In this document: one piece after another, positions 24,714 through 38,990 of the stretch | Position numbering within the stretch: position 1 is the first letter of the stretch | Layout: every line of letters begins with the position of its first letter | Position numbers and translations under genes: made by a program | The notes under the pieces: generated by a model | What the model saw: only the letters and a program-made list of their open reading frames with translations | Told to the model about the DNA's origin: nothing | The model's database searches: none | DNA from: Flaccisagitta enflata | Lineage: Eukaryota | Assembly (NCBI GenBank): GCA_965153355.1 | Contig: OZ231126.1 | Coordinates: 25,110,001-25,174,000 of the forward strand | Length of the DNA stretch: 64,000 bases | Direction: 5' to 3'

Positions 24714-26391
24714 CAGTATGATTTTTCTCAACTGCAACAAAAGATGAGGACATTATGCAAAAATTAGATGAGCTAGCCAAATTCTGAAAGAAGCCCTTGA
24801 AAGATAAGAGTTTGCAGTTTTTTGCTGAAAGATTTGAAGAATTTTCTGGAAAAAAATATGATCTTCCTGATGTTTGTGCCATTATTAATGAAATTCTCCA
24901 CAAAGTTAAAAATTAAGGAAAATTGAAGAGATATTGGCTGAACTGTTTTTCTTAAAATTGCTCTCATTTCTAAACAATTTAAGCTACAGATGCCAGATTG
25001 GTCTCAAATGAAAGATATTTTGAAATAGTTTTTGGTTAAAACTCGACAGACATGCTTATTTTAAGTCTAGAATACATTTGGTGAATTGAAAGTCAATTCT
25101 GCAAAAAAAATTTCCAGAAAAAAACTAAAACATTTATGTCTGGCATGATAACTCTTTGAAAATATCTTTTTCTCTCTTTTGCTCCTTAAACTACATCAAA
25201 ATATGATTCATTTGAGACCAATCAGGGATCAGTAGCTCAAACCATTTAAGAGTAAGAGCTTTCTAAAGGAAGGCAGTTCAACTAATACAGTGGGAACCCG
25301 ATTTAACGACCTTGAAGGGACTGGGGAATTTTGGTCGTTAAATCCGAGTGTTGTTAAATCGAATTTATAGTTTTAGATACATTTAGTTAAGATAGCTTTG
25401 AAATATATTTTCAAATGTTTGTATAATGTATATGTACTCACCATAGCATTTGTGTAACTGGCCAACAAACCATCACATAAGCTAAAAGATAAACTGTTTT
25501 AGTATTAGTAGGACATATTTGTATAAAAAGTGGAACAAAATACCTCACTATGTTTAAACTGGAATAACTGGAAGAGGGCCTTATGAACCCTCATTGAATA
25601 TCACAGGTAATGAGTTTTATATCAAATTGTTTCAAACAAAATTGATTTCAAACCTCTTAGTCCATGATATGGCATCATTTTTAGTCTCGTGCTACATGAC
25701 TCTACACCTTACATTGTCCGTTCGTCCATCCGTTGATTGGGCACACTACTTTTTCTATGGTTTTTATTCTTTGATGATACTGCTTCTGCCTAAATGCTCT
25801 AGTGACCTCAAATATGGCCCCTGCTTACCGGCACGCGACTGGGGTAGCTGTGTATCCGGCTTTGTTGTAAAATGTCTTCATGTTTGACCTCATGTTTGAC
25901 CTTTTTGCATTTTTAGAGTATATTAAAACCTATAAGTATTGAAATAAAAATTTTAGGTTACAGAAAATTATCAATTAAGAGGTTGATGTCACTAAATCAG
26001 GTTACGGTCATCTATGGGACTTAAAGATAGTGACTTTAAATCAGGTTTGGATGTTAAATCAGGTGTTGTTAAATCAAGTAGAATTAACATTACAAAAGCC
26101 TGTAAGAATTCGGGACTAAAGAAACTTGGCTGTTAAATCCGAAATGTTGTTAAATCAGGTGACGAAAATGCGGTAGTCCACTGTATCATAATAAAATCAC
26201 CTTTTTTGCAGAATATGTCCTTTAATTCAAAATTTCTAAAAAGGAACAAATTTAAAGAATAAGTTCCTGGAATTTCCCAACAAAAAACTGCAAACTCTCA
26301 TCTTTCAGGGGCTTCTTTCAGAAATGGGCTAGCTTTTCTAGTTTTTGCGTCATGTCCTCATCTTATGTTGCAGTTGAGAAAAATCATACTG
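24714..26391. mobile_element. TA-flanked long-TIR MITE, outer element of a three-level nest
   Basis: TA|CAGTATGATTTTTCTCAACTGCAACA...TGTTGCAGTTGAGAAAAATCATACTG|TA; arms over 100 bp. Confidence 0.88.
25288..26183. mobile_element. pogo/Tigger-like MITE nested in the above; itself contains a family B HINE (25682-25865)
   Basis: TA|CAGTGGGAACCCGATTTAACG...GCGGTAGTCCACTG|TA; repeated gttaaatc subterminal motifs. Confidence 0.8.
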
Positions 26392-26639
26392 TATTCCTCT
26401 TCCTGAATAAAACGTGACATTACCACCAACAAGGCCGGGTACATGGCTACCGAAGTCTCGTGCAGGTGGGCAGGGGCAATAACGAAAAGACGCCCAAAAC
26501 GCCGAAAAAGCTAACGGCGACCGACCCACAGACCAACCAACAGTCCGACCAACAGACTGACCGAAAAAGCAGATCATAGTGACGCGTAGCAAGCGACTAA
26601 AGATGGCTGCTACAGCTCTACCTGCTTATTTCAGTCCGG

Positions 26640-27440
26640 CCCAACTCCTTGTCCAGATTAAAACGCGTACACCCATTCCCATCAAAAATGGTTTCTCCAG
26701 CACCACTCCTCCTTGTCTTGATTAAAACGCGACCACCCATCCGGCATGCATCCCCACCAACTACTATTCCCACCAAAAATGGCTTCTCCAGTCTCTACTT
26801 ACTCTTTTCATTCTGGCACTAATCCTTGTCTAGATTAAAAACGCCACCTCCCATTCCCACCAAAAATGGCTTCTCCATTCCGGCACCAGTCATTGTTTGG
26901 ATTAAAAACTCAAACACCCATTCCTATGAAAAATGGCTTCCCAGTCTCTACTTACTCTTTTCATTCCGGCACCAATCCTTGTCTAGATTAAAAACGCAAC
27001 CGCCCATTCCCACCAAAAATGGCTTCTTCAGTCTCTACTTACTCTTTTCATTCCGGCACCAATCCTTGTCTAGATTAAAAACGCAACCGCCCATTCCCAC
27101 CAAAAATGGCTTCTCCAGTCTCTACTTACTCTTTTCATTCCGGCACCAATCCTTGTTTAGATTAAAAACTCTAACACCCATTCCTATGAAAAATGGCTTC
27201 TCCAGTCTCTACTTACTCTTTTCATTCCGGCACCAATCCTTGTCTAGATTAAAAACGCCACCAACCATTCCCACCAAAAATGGCTTCTCCAGTCTCTACT
27301 TACTCTTTTCATTCCAGCACCAATCCTTGTCTAGATTAAAAACGCGACCACCCATTCCCACCAAAAATGGCTTCTCCAGTCTCTACTTACTCTTTTCTTT
27401 CCAGCACCACTCCTCCTTGTCTAGATTAAAACGCGACCAC
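26640..27440. repeat. 87-bp minisatellite, about 8 copies
   Basis: tctagattaaaaacg recurs at 26982, 27069 and onward (period 87). Confidence 0.93.
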
Positions 27441-27642
27441 CCAGAAAGCTGCCTTTCAATCCTTTTGTTTCGTCTCGGCCTCGCAACTAGAAAGACCTTT
27501 TCTTTTCTATTCTTTTTTTCTTCTCTTCCCTTTTCTTTCTTTTTCTTTTCTTCTCTCTCTTTGCCTCTCTTTTGTCCGTCTTTTGTCTCCCTCTTCTTCT
27601 TACCGCGTCTTCGATTCAACTTCATTTGTCATTCGACGTGGC

Positions 27643-28017
27643 CTCGACTCCCAGCCAGTAGCCGTCTATCTCTCATGTCTATCTCGACTTCCAGCCAGTA
27701 GCTGTCTATCTCTCATGTCTATCTCGACTTCCAGCCAGTAGCTGTCTGTCTCTCATGTCTATCTCGACTCCCAGCCAGTAGCTGTCTGTCTCTCATGTCT
27801 ATCTCAACTCCCAGCCAGTAGCTGTCTGTCTCTCATGTCTATCTCGACTCCCAGCCAGTAGCTGTCTGTCTCTCATGTCTATCTCGACTCCCAGCCAGTA
27901 GCTGTCTGTCTCTCATGTCTATCTCGACTCCCAGCCAGTAGCTGTCTGTCTCTCATGTCCATCTCGACTCCCAGCCAGTAGCTGTCTCTCATGTCCATCT
28001 CAACTCCAAGCCAGTAG
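27643..28017. repeat. 40-bp minisatellite, about 9 copies
   Basis: Unit ctcgactcccagccagtagctgtctgtctctcatgtctat. Confidence 0.95.
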
Positions 28018-28084
28018 TTTGTCTTTCTTCAATGTTTATTGCGACCAGCATCTGTCTGTCTCCTACTGTCAGCCTGTATATCTG

Positions 28085-28196
<112 letters not shown>

Positions 28197-28302
28197 TCAT
28201 ATTGTTCATCCCTCCTACTTCCATCTATCTTTTTCCCTTTTGTCTGTCACTTTGCTTTGTACCAATCTTTTGTCTCCAACCAGACGTCTGTTTCTAGGTG
28301 TC

Positions 28303-28563
<261 letters not shown>

Positions 28564-28651
28564 CTGTTGTGCATAAGCAGCCAAGTGTCTATACGTCTGT
28601 CAGTCTGTCTATCTTTCTCTGTCTGTCCTTACCAGGGCTCCTATCTGTCAA

Positions 28652-28756
<105 letters not shown>

Positions 28757-29113
28757 CACTCACATATCTTTGTCATATAAGACCTTCACCCATTTCCCCT
28801 ACGGACACCCTGTGGAGCGATATGAGAATAAAGCTTCTGAGTCTGTCCTCTTGCTCTGTCAATACGCAACGATGGCCGTCATCATCTTTCAATGACTTAT
28901 CATTTTCATTTGCACATTCTTCAGTATTCGTCGACGCTGTCACGAAAAGCGGACCGAAGGAAAAAGTGACACTGATAGCGAGTGATTAAAATTCTAAAAA
29001 AAAAGGTACGCCTAAATGACCTAATGGCTAATCAACATCGAAAGGGTCTGAGAAAGGAAGATACTTAAACTGTTGTCGGGCTTAGCCCACGCGCCGCTTG
29101 GTGCATATTACGC

Positions 29114-29455
29114 CTGTCAGAGTGTCTCGAAAAACCAAAATTATACTTCGCCTGGCAAAGGTGTTTTTTATCTGCAAAAATGCTTTCAAATGAGCCATTG
29201 TGCGACTTTCAAATCAATCGGGAACCATCTTTAGGGTGAGGTTGAAGTTTGCATTGAATCATTTTTGGAATCTATTTTTCCACTATGGAAATTTTGTCTC
29301 TCTTATACAGATCTATGGAAACTTCGAAGTCATTTTAAAGATGGTTCCTGATTTATTTGAAAATTGCGCAATGGCTCATTTGAAAGCATTTTTGCAAAGG
29401 AAAAATATTTATGGCAGGCGAATTACAATTTTGGCTTTTCTAGGGACTCTGACAG
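29114..29455. mobile_element. Foldback MITE-like element
   Basis: ctgtcagagt / actctgacag ends; inverted arms include aaaaatgctttcaaatgagccattg; no clear TSD. Confidence 0.7.
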
Positions 29456-29610
29456 ATGAAGTGCATATCATGTCTTTTTGCTAGTGTTCCATTGGGACTT
29501 TTGGGGAGTATGTTTACTTAAATTTCATACAAAGCACAGGTGCCTCACAACTTGTGAGTCACAAGGTAGTGCGGCATCGGACATCCGACATCGGGCATGG
29601 ATTATCACCT

Positions 29611-29840
29611 AACATGTGTTGAACAATTAGGCGGAAAAACACCTTTGCAAAAAAAAAAAAAAAAAAAAAAACACAAAAAGCACACTTCTGGTTGACCAAG
29701 TACGATGAAATTTGAACTGTAGTACGCCTAAAGTATCGAGACACTTCAGTAAAAAATTCATTGAAATAGGCCAACTAGAAGTAGGCTTTCTATCCATTTT
29801 GTGCAAATATGTTTTTCCGCCTAATTATTCAACACGTGTT
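29611..29840. mobile_element. Short inverted-repeat (MITE-like) element
   Basis: aacatgtgttgaacaattaggcggaaaaaca / tgtttttccgcctaattattcaacacgtgtt. Confidence 0.65.
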
Positions 29841-30001
29841 TGTGTTGACTGAGTAGATATTGCCTATTTTTTGCAAGATGTCTCTTATTCTCGAGGGGGA
29901 TCCTCTGTTGCGTCTATCCATCATACGTCATATGTATCTCTTCTTTCAATCACCCTGTCTGTCTAGTTTTCTCTCTCTCTCGCTGTCAGTGTCGGTGTCG
30001 G

Positions 30002-30209
<208 letters not shown>

Positions 30210-30428
30210 CTTGTTTTCCAGGCAGTTTTACCATTAATATTTCAATTCGCCTTCGAATAATTTCATCAAAGAAATCATTAATCAAATAATATTTCAAATT
30301 TTCGAGTATCGAAATTGAAAACAGAAGATCAACGATTTTGGCGGGTCTTTGATCAAACAAGTCTAACATTTGATCAGTTTAACTGTTTTTATGTGTTTTT
30401 TTTTTTTTTTGTGTGTGTGAGTGTGTAT

Positions 30429-30462
<34 letters not shown>

Positions 30463-30534
30463 TTGTGTGTGTTTGTGTGTGTTTGTGTGTGTTTGTGTGT
30501 TTTATGTGTGTGTTTATGTGTGTGTAAGTCACTG

Positions 30535-30667
<133 letters not shown>

Positions 30668-30979
30668 CTCTCCATTTCCGTCTCCATATCTGTGTATGTG
30701 TGTCGCGTTGTGATCTTCAATTCGCGTGAAAAATGAAAAACATGGGAAACATTTCGCGTCGAAGTCTTGCCATAGATCAAACACGAATAACCAACCAGAA
30801 GTAAAAACGCGTTTTTCAGCCCTCTCACACATTTTTCACTTTTTTTCCTCTCTCTCGTATTCCTCCTTAACATTTTGATTTTAAGAGTCTTTTCTTATTT
30901 AGATCACAAATATGACACCATCATTCTAAAAAAAAAAGATTTTGAAAGGTGATGGAGAATACTTGCGAAAGCGTTAGAT

Positions 30980-31634
30980 AGTCAGCCGTACCCGAGGCTC
31001 TAAGTTAGTGGTAATGAGATAGTAAGAGGGGCAGCGACCCTATGCTTGGGCTTGTGGAGAATCATCGGGATTCATTTTGCCTTAGGAGTTAAGATAAAGA
31101 CTTTTAGGCTATAATATCAGCCATTAGGCTGATGTTTGGGCATCAGGGCTAGGATTCAGACCATAAAGCTGTAATTAGGGCCTCCAGGCTGTGATTTGGG
31201 CCTCAATAATGAGATTTGGGCCTCGAGGCTAAGATTAGGGCTTTGAAGCTAAGATCTGGAGGACATTCACGAATCACGATAGGTACTTGAGTAAGTCTTA
31301 AGTAAGTCTCAAGTAAGAAATTTTTACTTGAGACTTACTTAAAACTTACTCAAGTACCTATCATGAATACCCTCCTGGGCCTTGAGGCTATAAGTTAGGC
31401 CTCCAGGCTTCTATTCAGGCCTTGAGGCTAGGATTTAAACCTCGAGGCTATGATTAAAGCCTCTCGGCTAGGATTGAGGCCTCAGGGCGGGGATTGGGAC
31501 CTAAAGGATGGGATTTGGGCCTGAAGGCTTAGATTTGGTTTTCAGAACCTCAGGAGGGGACATAGAAGAAGGATGAGGGGAAATTTCCCCTCCTGTAAAA
31601 TCATAGGTCATCGGTTATTTTGGGGTCGCTGCCC
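30980..31634 (-). mobile_element. Diverged family A HINE-like element
   Basis: gaggctaggatttgggcc-type 21-bp array; ends in ggggtcgctgcccaaaa. Confidence 0.65.
31259..31374. mobile_element. 116-bp palindromic MITE with CTG TSD (Harbinger-like) inside the HINE array
   Basis: CTG|GAGGACATTCA...TGAATACCCTC|CTG; almost fully self-complementary; removal restores the host repeat unit. Confidence 0.8.
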
Positions 31635-32384
31635 AAAAGGAAGAAGCACTACGCCGAAGCATGTTCAGAAATTCTCGCTGACTGTACTACATGACCTCTG
31701 GGCCTGTTGCCACTAACGGCAAATTGACATAAAAAAGCATCAGTCGCCTGTTTTTATTTTTTCATTTTTGGTTATCTATTCATTTATCTTATTATAAATA
31801 ACTGCAAGTAGATGAATACAAACATGAACAAAGGAAGTTACAAGAAAACATTTGACCTCACTGGCGCCATTCTGTTTTTTTTTTCCACAAGTTATTCATT
31901 CTCATTTTCTGGTCAGATTCTCTCTTTCCTCTTTTACCATTTAGATCGCATTTCTTAACCAATACATTTTCCACGTTTAAAAAAAAACAATCCATAGCCA
32001 CGTGAAATAATTCACCAGTCTTCCTTTATATTAAAAGATCAATAGTAAATGATTTTTTTTTTCATCGGCCAGAAAAAACTTATCGATTCTGATCGCTTTT
32101 TCTTACTTTCTATTATGTATTCTTTTTTATTTTCATCTTTTTTCTTGTTCTATTTACTGTCTTTACCATCCAATTTTTCCCCATTGTAGTTGTTTTATTA
32201 TTTTTTCCCTGTTTTCATTTTGTTTTGCCTTTTTTATGCGTCTGTTTTTTTGCTCATTTAATTTTCTTCTTCTTTTTCTTCTTCTTCTTCTTCTTCTTCT
32301 TCTTCTTCTTCTTCTTCTTCTTCTTCTTCTTCTTCTTCTTCTTCTTCTTCTTCTTCTTCTTCTTCTTCTTCTTCTTCTTCTCCT

Positions 32385-32431
<47 letters not shown>

Positions 32432-32527
32432 TTCTTCTTCTCCTTCTTCTCCCCTTCTGCTTCTGCTTCTGCTTCTGTTTCTGCTTCTTTTTCTTCCTCT
32501 TCTGCTTCTGCTTCTGCATCTGCTTTT

Positions 32528-33014
32528 GGGCAGCAGCCACAAAGAGGTCGATGACCTATTCTTTCACACATATGGGGAATTTTCTCCTCCTTCTTCTTCT
32601 CTTTCTCCTCCTTCTCCTTCTTCTCCATCCCCCCCCCCTCAAATCTCAGTCTTGAGGCTTAAATTCCAGTATTGAGGCCCAAATCCCAGTCTCGAGGCCC
32701 AAATCCCAGCCTCGAAGCCAAAATCCCAGCCTCAAAGCCCAAATCCTAGCCTCAAGGCCCAAATCCTAGCCTGGAGACCCAGATCCCAGCCTTGAGGCCC
32801 AAATCTCAGCCTAAGGCCCAGATCCCAACCTCGAGGCTGAGATTTGGGCCTCAAGGCTGGGATCTGGGGTTATGGAGAAAATTCCCCTTATGTGTGAAAG
32901 CATAGGTCATCAAATCCCTTTGGGCCGCTGCCCTGCTTCCTCTCCTACTTTCAGTACAACCTACTTAGGCAGGGCACGGGTACCGCTGACCATCTAAAGC
33001 TTTTACGGACTATT
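32528..33014 (+). mobile_element. Family A HINE-like element within a (TTC)n tract
   Basis: A-type ends and cccaaatcccagcctcgagg repeats. Confidence 0.75.
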
Positions 33015-33264
33015 TCTTTTTCTTTCTTTTTTTCTTTTTCTTTTTCTTTTTCTTTTTCGTTTTCTTCTTCTTTTTCTTCTTCTTCTTCTTCTTCTTCTTC
33101 TTCTTCTTCTTCTTCTTCTTCTTCTTCTTCTTTTTTCTTTCCATCCTCTGCACTTTCTCTCTTTTTGCTTGTCGCGCGCACAGGAAGCCAACGGGATCAC
33201 GCTGGCTCCAGCTCCAATGAAATTGATTTATGTTCGTCTATAAATCATCGTTGCCGTTCGAAAG

Positions 33265-33383
<119 letters not shown>

Positions 33384-33495
33384 ACTGGTGGTGTAAGAAG
33401 CGTTGAAGGGTCTCTCCATTTTCCTCCTGTGGCGACGGCGCTTCAGACCTCAGACACGATGAAAACCTGGAGAGGGAGACTTAAGAAAGGATTCT

Positions 33496-33740
33496 GGCAC
33501 CATGACACACAGGATCGGATGTGTTGAAATTGGTGCACGAATCTTCAGGCACCATGACACACAGAATCGGATTTGTTAAAATTGGTGCACGAGTCTCCAG
33601 GCACCATGACACACAGGCTTGCATGTACTAGAATTGGTGCATAAATCTCCAGGCGCCATGACACACAGGATCGCATGTACTATGTAGAATTGGTGCACGA
33701 ATCTCCAGGCACCATGACACTCAGGACTATCTGCACCAAC
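33496..33740. repeat. ~52-bp minisatellite, 4-5 copies
   Basis: ggcaccatgacacacagg...aattggtgcacgaatctcca repeated. Confidence 0.88.
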
Positions 33741-35059
33741 AATGACGCATTATGGCATGAGATCCCCGTGTCACACAAAATCAAATGGTCCGAAACCAGC
33801 CCAAGATTCTCATAGCATCCTGAAGCCCGGGATGTAATGTATTATAATGGGTGTATAACTCGAAATTCAATCATGATTCGAAAACGTATTCATTCATTCC
33901 TTCCTTCATTCATTCATTCATTCATTCATTCATTCATTCATTCATTCATTCATTCATTCATTCATTCATTCATTCATTCATTCATTCATTCATTCCGTTC
34001 TTGATATTCGATCCTTGTTCATGGAGGAGCCACGGAGTGAGATATGAGATAAACATCCTAGAATAGATAAAACCACTTTGAGCTTTTAACATTCGCTTTT
34101 GTGTCGTTGTTTAGCGCATTGAACCAAGCTAGGAAAGTTTTCCTTCTCGCGGCGCCATTTCTGTGAGAGATAAGGAGGAGGAAAAAAAAATACAACAACA
34201 TGCGTCCACTGGAGTTTCCAGGTGTCAGCGTTTTTACGCCATTTCTCAATCTCCCTCCGCGGTTTTCCCATGGACACTCATCGGCCCTCCTTACCATCTC
34301 TTTCCAATAGTCAACATAGAATTTTTGTCCATGTCAGTTGCAGTTTGATAATGGCTAGGTAAGTTCATATCGACATGAAAACCAACACAAACAAAAGACC
34401 AAACCTGTCGACCAGACCCAAGCCTCTGTCTCCAATACTCAGCCCGCCGTCTTCTAACATGGAATGATGGAAATGAGTTTCATCGTATTGTACAAGCAAG
34501 CTCATCGACTACGATTATCCATGAAATTACAGAACACGGTTTGATAAAGAGGAACTCACTGATTGGCGACGTTTGAAATATTTTTTGAAGTTGCTTCAGC
34601 ATTTCACTATTTTTTGATTCTCATGCCAGACCGTAAAAGATGTGTCTGCTAACATGAAAATTCTCCTTGCTCCCCATGGATTCTAGATTCTATTCAAATT
34701 TCACTTTGCTACACCGCGCAGCCAACACAAATACATTCATTAAACCCATTCTCAACTCCCTCTTTCCCTCCAGGCCCCACCCAGCAGCCCTAAATCCTCC
34801 TCCAATTTTTTCTTATCTTTTTTTTTTTTTTTTTCTTTGCTGCTTTTGATTTCGATTCCACTTCATCCCTCCTTTCCCTCCTTTCCCTCCCTTCATAACT
34901 CCACAACCAAAGTTTCTCCTTACAACAAGAAGTGACTTGCAGCCCTTTTAGTTCGATTCCATTCTGACTGCGAACGACCGGAGAACAAAATCCCGGGATG
35001 AAAGAGGCTTTGCCGATGCGGCGTCAACAACTAAGACTCTACAAAGTCATCAGATTCAC

Positions 35060-35535
35060 GACCTCTCAAGCAAACGCTTCATGCCTTCACTTCAACGATA
35101 CACAACATCTGAAACAACCGCTTCTACCGTTCATGCCTTGACTTCAACAACACATAACCTCTGAAGCAAACGCTTCTACCATTCACGCCTTCACTTCAAC
35201 AACACACAACCTCTGAAGTAAACGATTCTACCATTTATGCAACATCTGAAAGATATGCTTTTACCATTCATACCATCCCTTTAACGATAAACAATATCTG
35301 AAGTAAACGCTTCTACCATTCATGCCTTCCCTTCAACTTTTGACAACATCTGAAGCATTCATGCCTCCCCTTCAATGATACACGACCTTTAAGGCAAACG
35401 CGTCGTCTTACCATTCTTGTTTTCACCTCATCAATACATGACCTCTAAAAAAAATGTTTCTACTGTTTGTTCCTGCGTTTCAACAATACACAACATCTTA
35501 AGCAAACGCTTCTACCATTCATGCCTTCACTTCAG
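35060..35535. repeat. ~51-bp degenerate minisatellite
   Basis: tctgaagcaaacgcttctaccattcatgccttcacttcaac repeated. Confidence 0.85.
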
Positions 35536-36069
35536 ATGTCTTCTCTCTCTAGATACGGAACATCATAATCGAACTCATCTACCATCGATATTGTCACTTT
35601 TGAAATATGAAACCCCAAAATCAAACCCTACAACCGTTATTACTAGGAATAACTGCAAACCATGTTGACAAGCCACAAATTTCCACCATGCTTTTTTTTA
35701 CCCATGCGCTTATGTCAAAGTTCAAGAGGAAAATCTCCAGCGTCTTCTCAAAATTTGTTGACCTCAAGCTTTGGCCCCAAGGAGGAAAGGGAAATCAAAA
35801 TTGCTTGATATCGATTGAACTTGGGAATATTTGAGGAGTTGACCTTTGATAGCAGACGTCAAATAATTACGATCATCGCCATCTTTGGTTTATTGAATCC
35901 TTCATTGTATGAAAAAATGTGAAACACCGATGTGCACGCGCTGGGTCGGTCCATCGTTCCGTCCGTTCAGCTATCTGTCTATCTATCGTTCTCATTCTCT
36001 CTTTCCTTCCAAATGCATCTCGTTCTCTCCTCAATCCTCATATCAATTTGACAGAACCTATCCTCACAT

Positions 36070-37250
36070 CACTCTCTCCTAATTCCCCCTCCATCGCCAC
36101 CTCTTTCTCCATTTTCATCTAAATTGACCTTTCCTTTATCTCCACCTCTTCCTCTACTCTCTCCTAATTCCCCCTTTCCTCCGTCTCCACCTCTTCCTCC
36201 ACTCTCTCCTCATTCCCCCTTTCCTCCATCTCCTCCTTTCCCCCCACTCTCTCTTAATTCCCCCTTTCCTCCATCTCCTCCTCTTCCTCCACTAACTCGT
36301 TCTTCCCCCTCTCCTCTATCTCAACCTCTTCCTCTACTCTCTCCTAATTCCCCCTTTCCTCCATCTCCACCTCTTCCTCCACTCTCTCCTCATTCCCCCT
36401 TTCCTCCATCTCCTCCTTTCCCCCCACTCTCTCCTAATTCCCCCTTTCCTCCATCTCCCCATTTTCCTCCACTCTCTCCTTTTTGGGCAGCGGCCCCAAA
36501 GGGCCGATGTCCTGTAGGACACAGGGGGGAATTTCGAGACGTCCGTCCTTCCGTCCGTCCTTCCGTCCGTCCGTCCGTCCGTCCCCCCCCCCTTGGCCAT
36601 CAAGGGCCTCAATTTTGCTCCCTCAGACCTGATTTTGGCCCTCTGAGCCACCAGAATAGGCTAAATAGCCCTTTCAGACCTCAATTCAGCCCTTGAGACC
36701 CCAAATCAGCTCTCCAGACCTCATATCTGCCCTCCAGACCTCAAATTAGCCCTCCATACCCCATATTCACCCTTCAGGTCTCACATCAGCTATTTAGGTC
36801 TCAAATTTGTCCTCTGGGCCTCAAGCTTGCCCCTCAAACCTCAAATCTACTCTTCAGAACCTAATTCTGCCCTCCAGGCTTCAAAACCGCCTTTAATGAC
36901 CTCTATCCATCTTCTCAGACCTAATATACCTCAGGACGTCTCGAAATTCCCCCCTGTGTCCTACAGGACATCGGCCCTTTGGGGCCGCTGCCCTGCTCTC
37001 TCTCCACTACTCTACTTGATCACTTCAAGCAGGGCATCGGGTACCGCTGACCATGTGCGATCCTTGGATGACTAGTTTCCCCCTTTCCTCAATCTTAACC
37101 CCTTCCTCTACTCTCTCCTAATTCCCCCCTTCCTTAATCTCAACCCCTTCCTCTACCCTCTCCTAATTCCCCCTTTCCTCCATCTCCACCTCTTCCTCTA
37201 CTCTCTCCTTATTCCCCCTTCCCTTCATCTCCTCATTTTCCTCCACTCTC
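36070..37250. repeat. 45-bp pyrimidine-rich minisatellite interrupted by a family A HINE (36485-37077)
   Basis: cctaattccccctttcctccatctccacctcttcctccactctct units on both sides of a complete A copy. Confidence 0.85.
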
Positions 37251-37712
37251 TCTCTTCCTCTTCCCCTCCTCCTCCTCTTACTCCGCCCCTTTTCCGGTTT
37301 CCATGGCGACGCTTTTTTCCTCGTTTCTCGTTTGAAGACGTTTCAATTTTCCTCGTCGGCATTTGCATAGACGAGACTTTCCACTTTCCTTCCCTTTTCC
37401 CCACTTTCTGTCTGTCTCTGTTTGTCTTTTTCTTTTCATTTCTATTTAAGTCGCGGATACGCGACCCTGCAACTTGCCGTGTCGGTCGGTTCGTCCATCA
37501 GTCCGCCCGTCCCTAACTTTTTTGAATTGCGAGTGTTTTCCGCATTACGGCCCCTGCCCAACCGTCCACGACTGTCTTGCCGTGTATCCGGCGTTTTTTT
37601 CTGTGTCTTTCTCTTTCTCTACAACACTCTCTTTTCCTCTCTTTGTGTCTGTCTCTTTTTGTCTCTAATACTTTTTTCCTCTCTTTCTGTCTGTCTCCCT
37701 TTGTCTCTGATA

Positions 37713-38199
37713 CAGTGGGACCTCGGTTTAAGGGATTTCTAGGGACTGACCATTTTTGTCTCTTAAATCCAAAATCCCTTAAATTGAATTTATGTTTTAT
37801 TAAGGATTTTCATATTAGTTACTTAGGATTACCAAATTCATTGTGTAACCACCTCCTTTTGCTTTAGTATGTTGATCAATAATGGTTGATTTAGTTCATG
37901 GCAGGATATTCATGGCACAGGAAATATTTCATTATTTTTTAACAAATTTTTTCTTAAAAATCATCTCAAAATACCATTTTTTTTTATCAAAATTCATCAA
38001 ATTTACCCCAAATTTCCCCTGATATAAGGGATATTTTCAAAAACGTGTCTCTTAAATCCGAATATCCCTTAGATAGAGGTTCCTTAAACAGAGGTTTTTT
38101 AACATTGGAAAAGCCTGAAAAAATTTGGGACCAGACAGTGTTGTCTCTTAAATACGGATATCCCTTAAATAGAGGTGCCACTAAGGTGGGATTCCACTG
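37713..38199. mobile_element. pogo/Tigger-like MITE
   Basis: TA|CAGTGGGACCTCGGTTTAAG...GGGATTCCACTG|TA; repeated cttaaat motifs. Confidence 0.8.
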
Positions 38200-38693
38200 T
38201 ATATTCTTTCCTTTTCTTTGTCTGTCTCTTTTTGTCTCTTTCATTTCGTTGCTGTCTTTCACTTCCTGTCGACCTTATCTGTCGGACTGCACCTTTGTCT
38301 ATCTTTGAATTTGTTTCATAATTTGTCTAACTAGGCAACTCTGTCTCTCTTTCCATCTGACTGTCTTTTTTCGGTCTCTGTCCTTCTGTACGTCTGTTTT
38401 TCTATCTCACTGTCTTTTTGGCGTCTCTGTCTTTCAGTATCATTTTCTCTGTCTTACTGCCGTTCTGTTTATCTATATCTATTCATCTATTCGTTTGTCT
38501 TTGTGTCTTTATGTCTTTATGTCTTTATGTCTTTATGTCTTTATGTCTCTCTGTCCCTCTCTTGTTCCTCTCGTTCTCTCTCCTCGGCGCCGAGGGAGTT
38601 TCCGAAGACGTTTCTTCTACTTCTTCCTCTTCCCTTCACTTTCCTCTTTTCTCCCTACCATCTCCCGTCTGCATCCTATATTCCCTTTTGTCC

Positions 38694-38793
<100 letters not shown>

Positions 38794-38829
38794 CCATCTC
38801 CCGTCTGCATCCTATATTCCCTTTTGTCC

Positions 38830-38920
<91 letters not shown>

Positions 38921-38990
38921 TCTTCTTCTTCTTCTTCTTCTTCTTCTTCTTCTTCTTCTTCTTCTTCTTCTTCTTCTTCTTCTCCTCCTT

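Noticed and set aside
26826-27701. 291-aa ORF with 29-aa repeats
   Set aside because: An 87-bp minisatellite happens to keep frame; TTG start, no splice context, and it runs into low-complexity sequence.
27643-28017. Regular 40-bp repeats as a CRISPR array (also 33496-33740)
   Set aside because: Units are contiguous with no unique spacers, there are no cas genes, and the context is eukaryotic.
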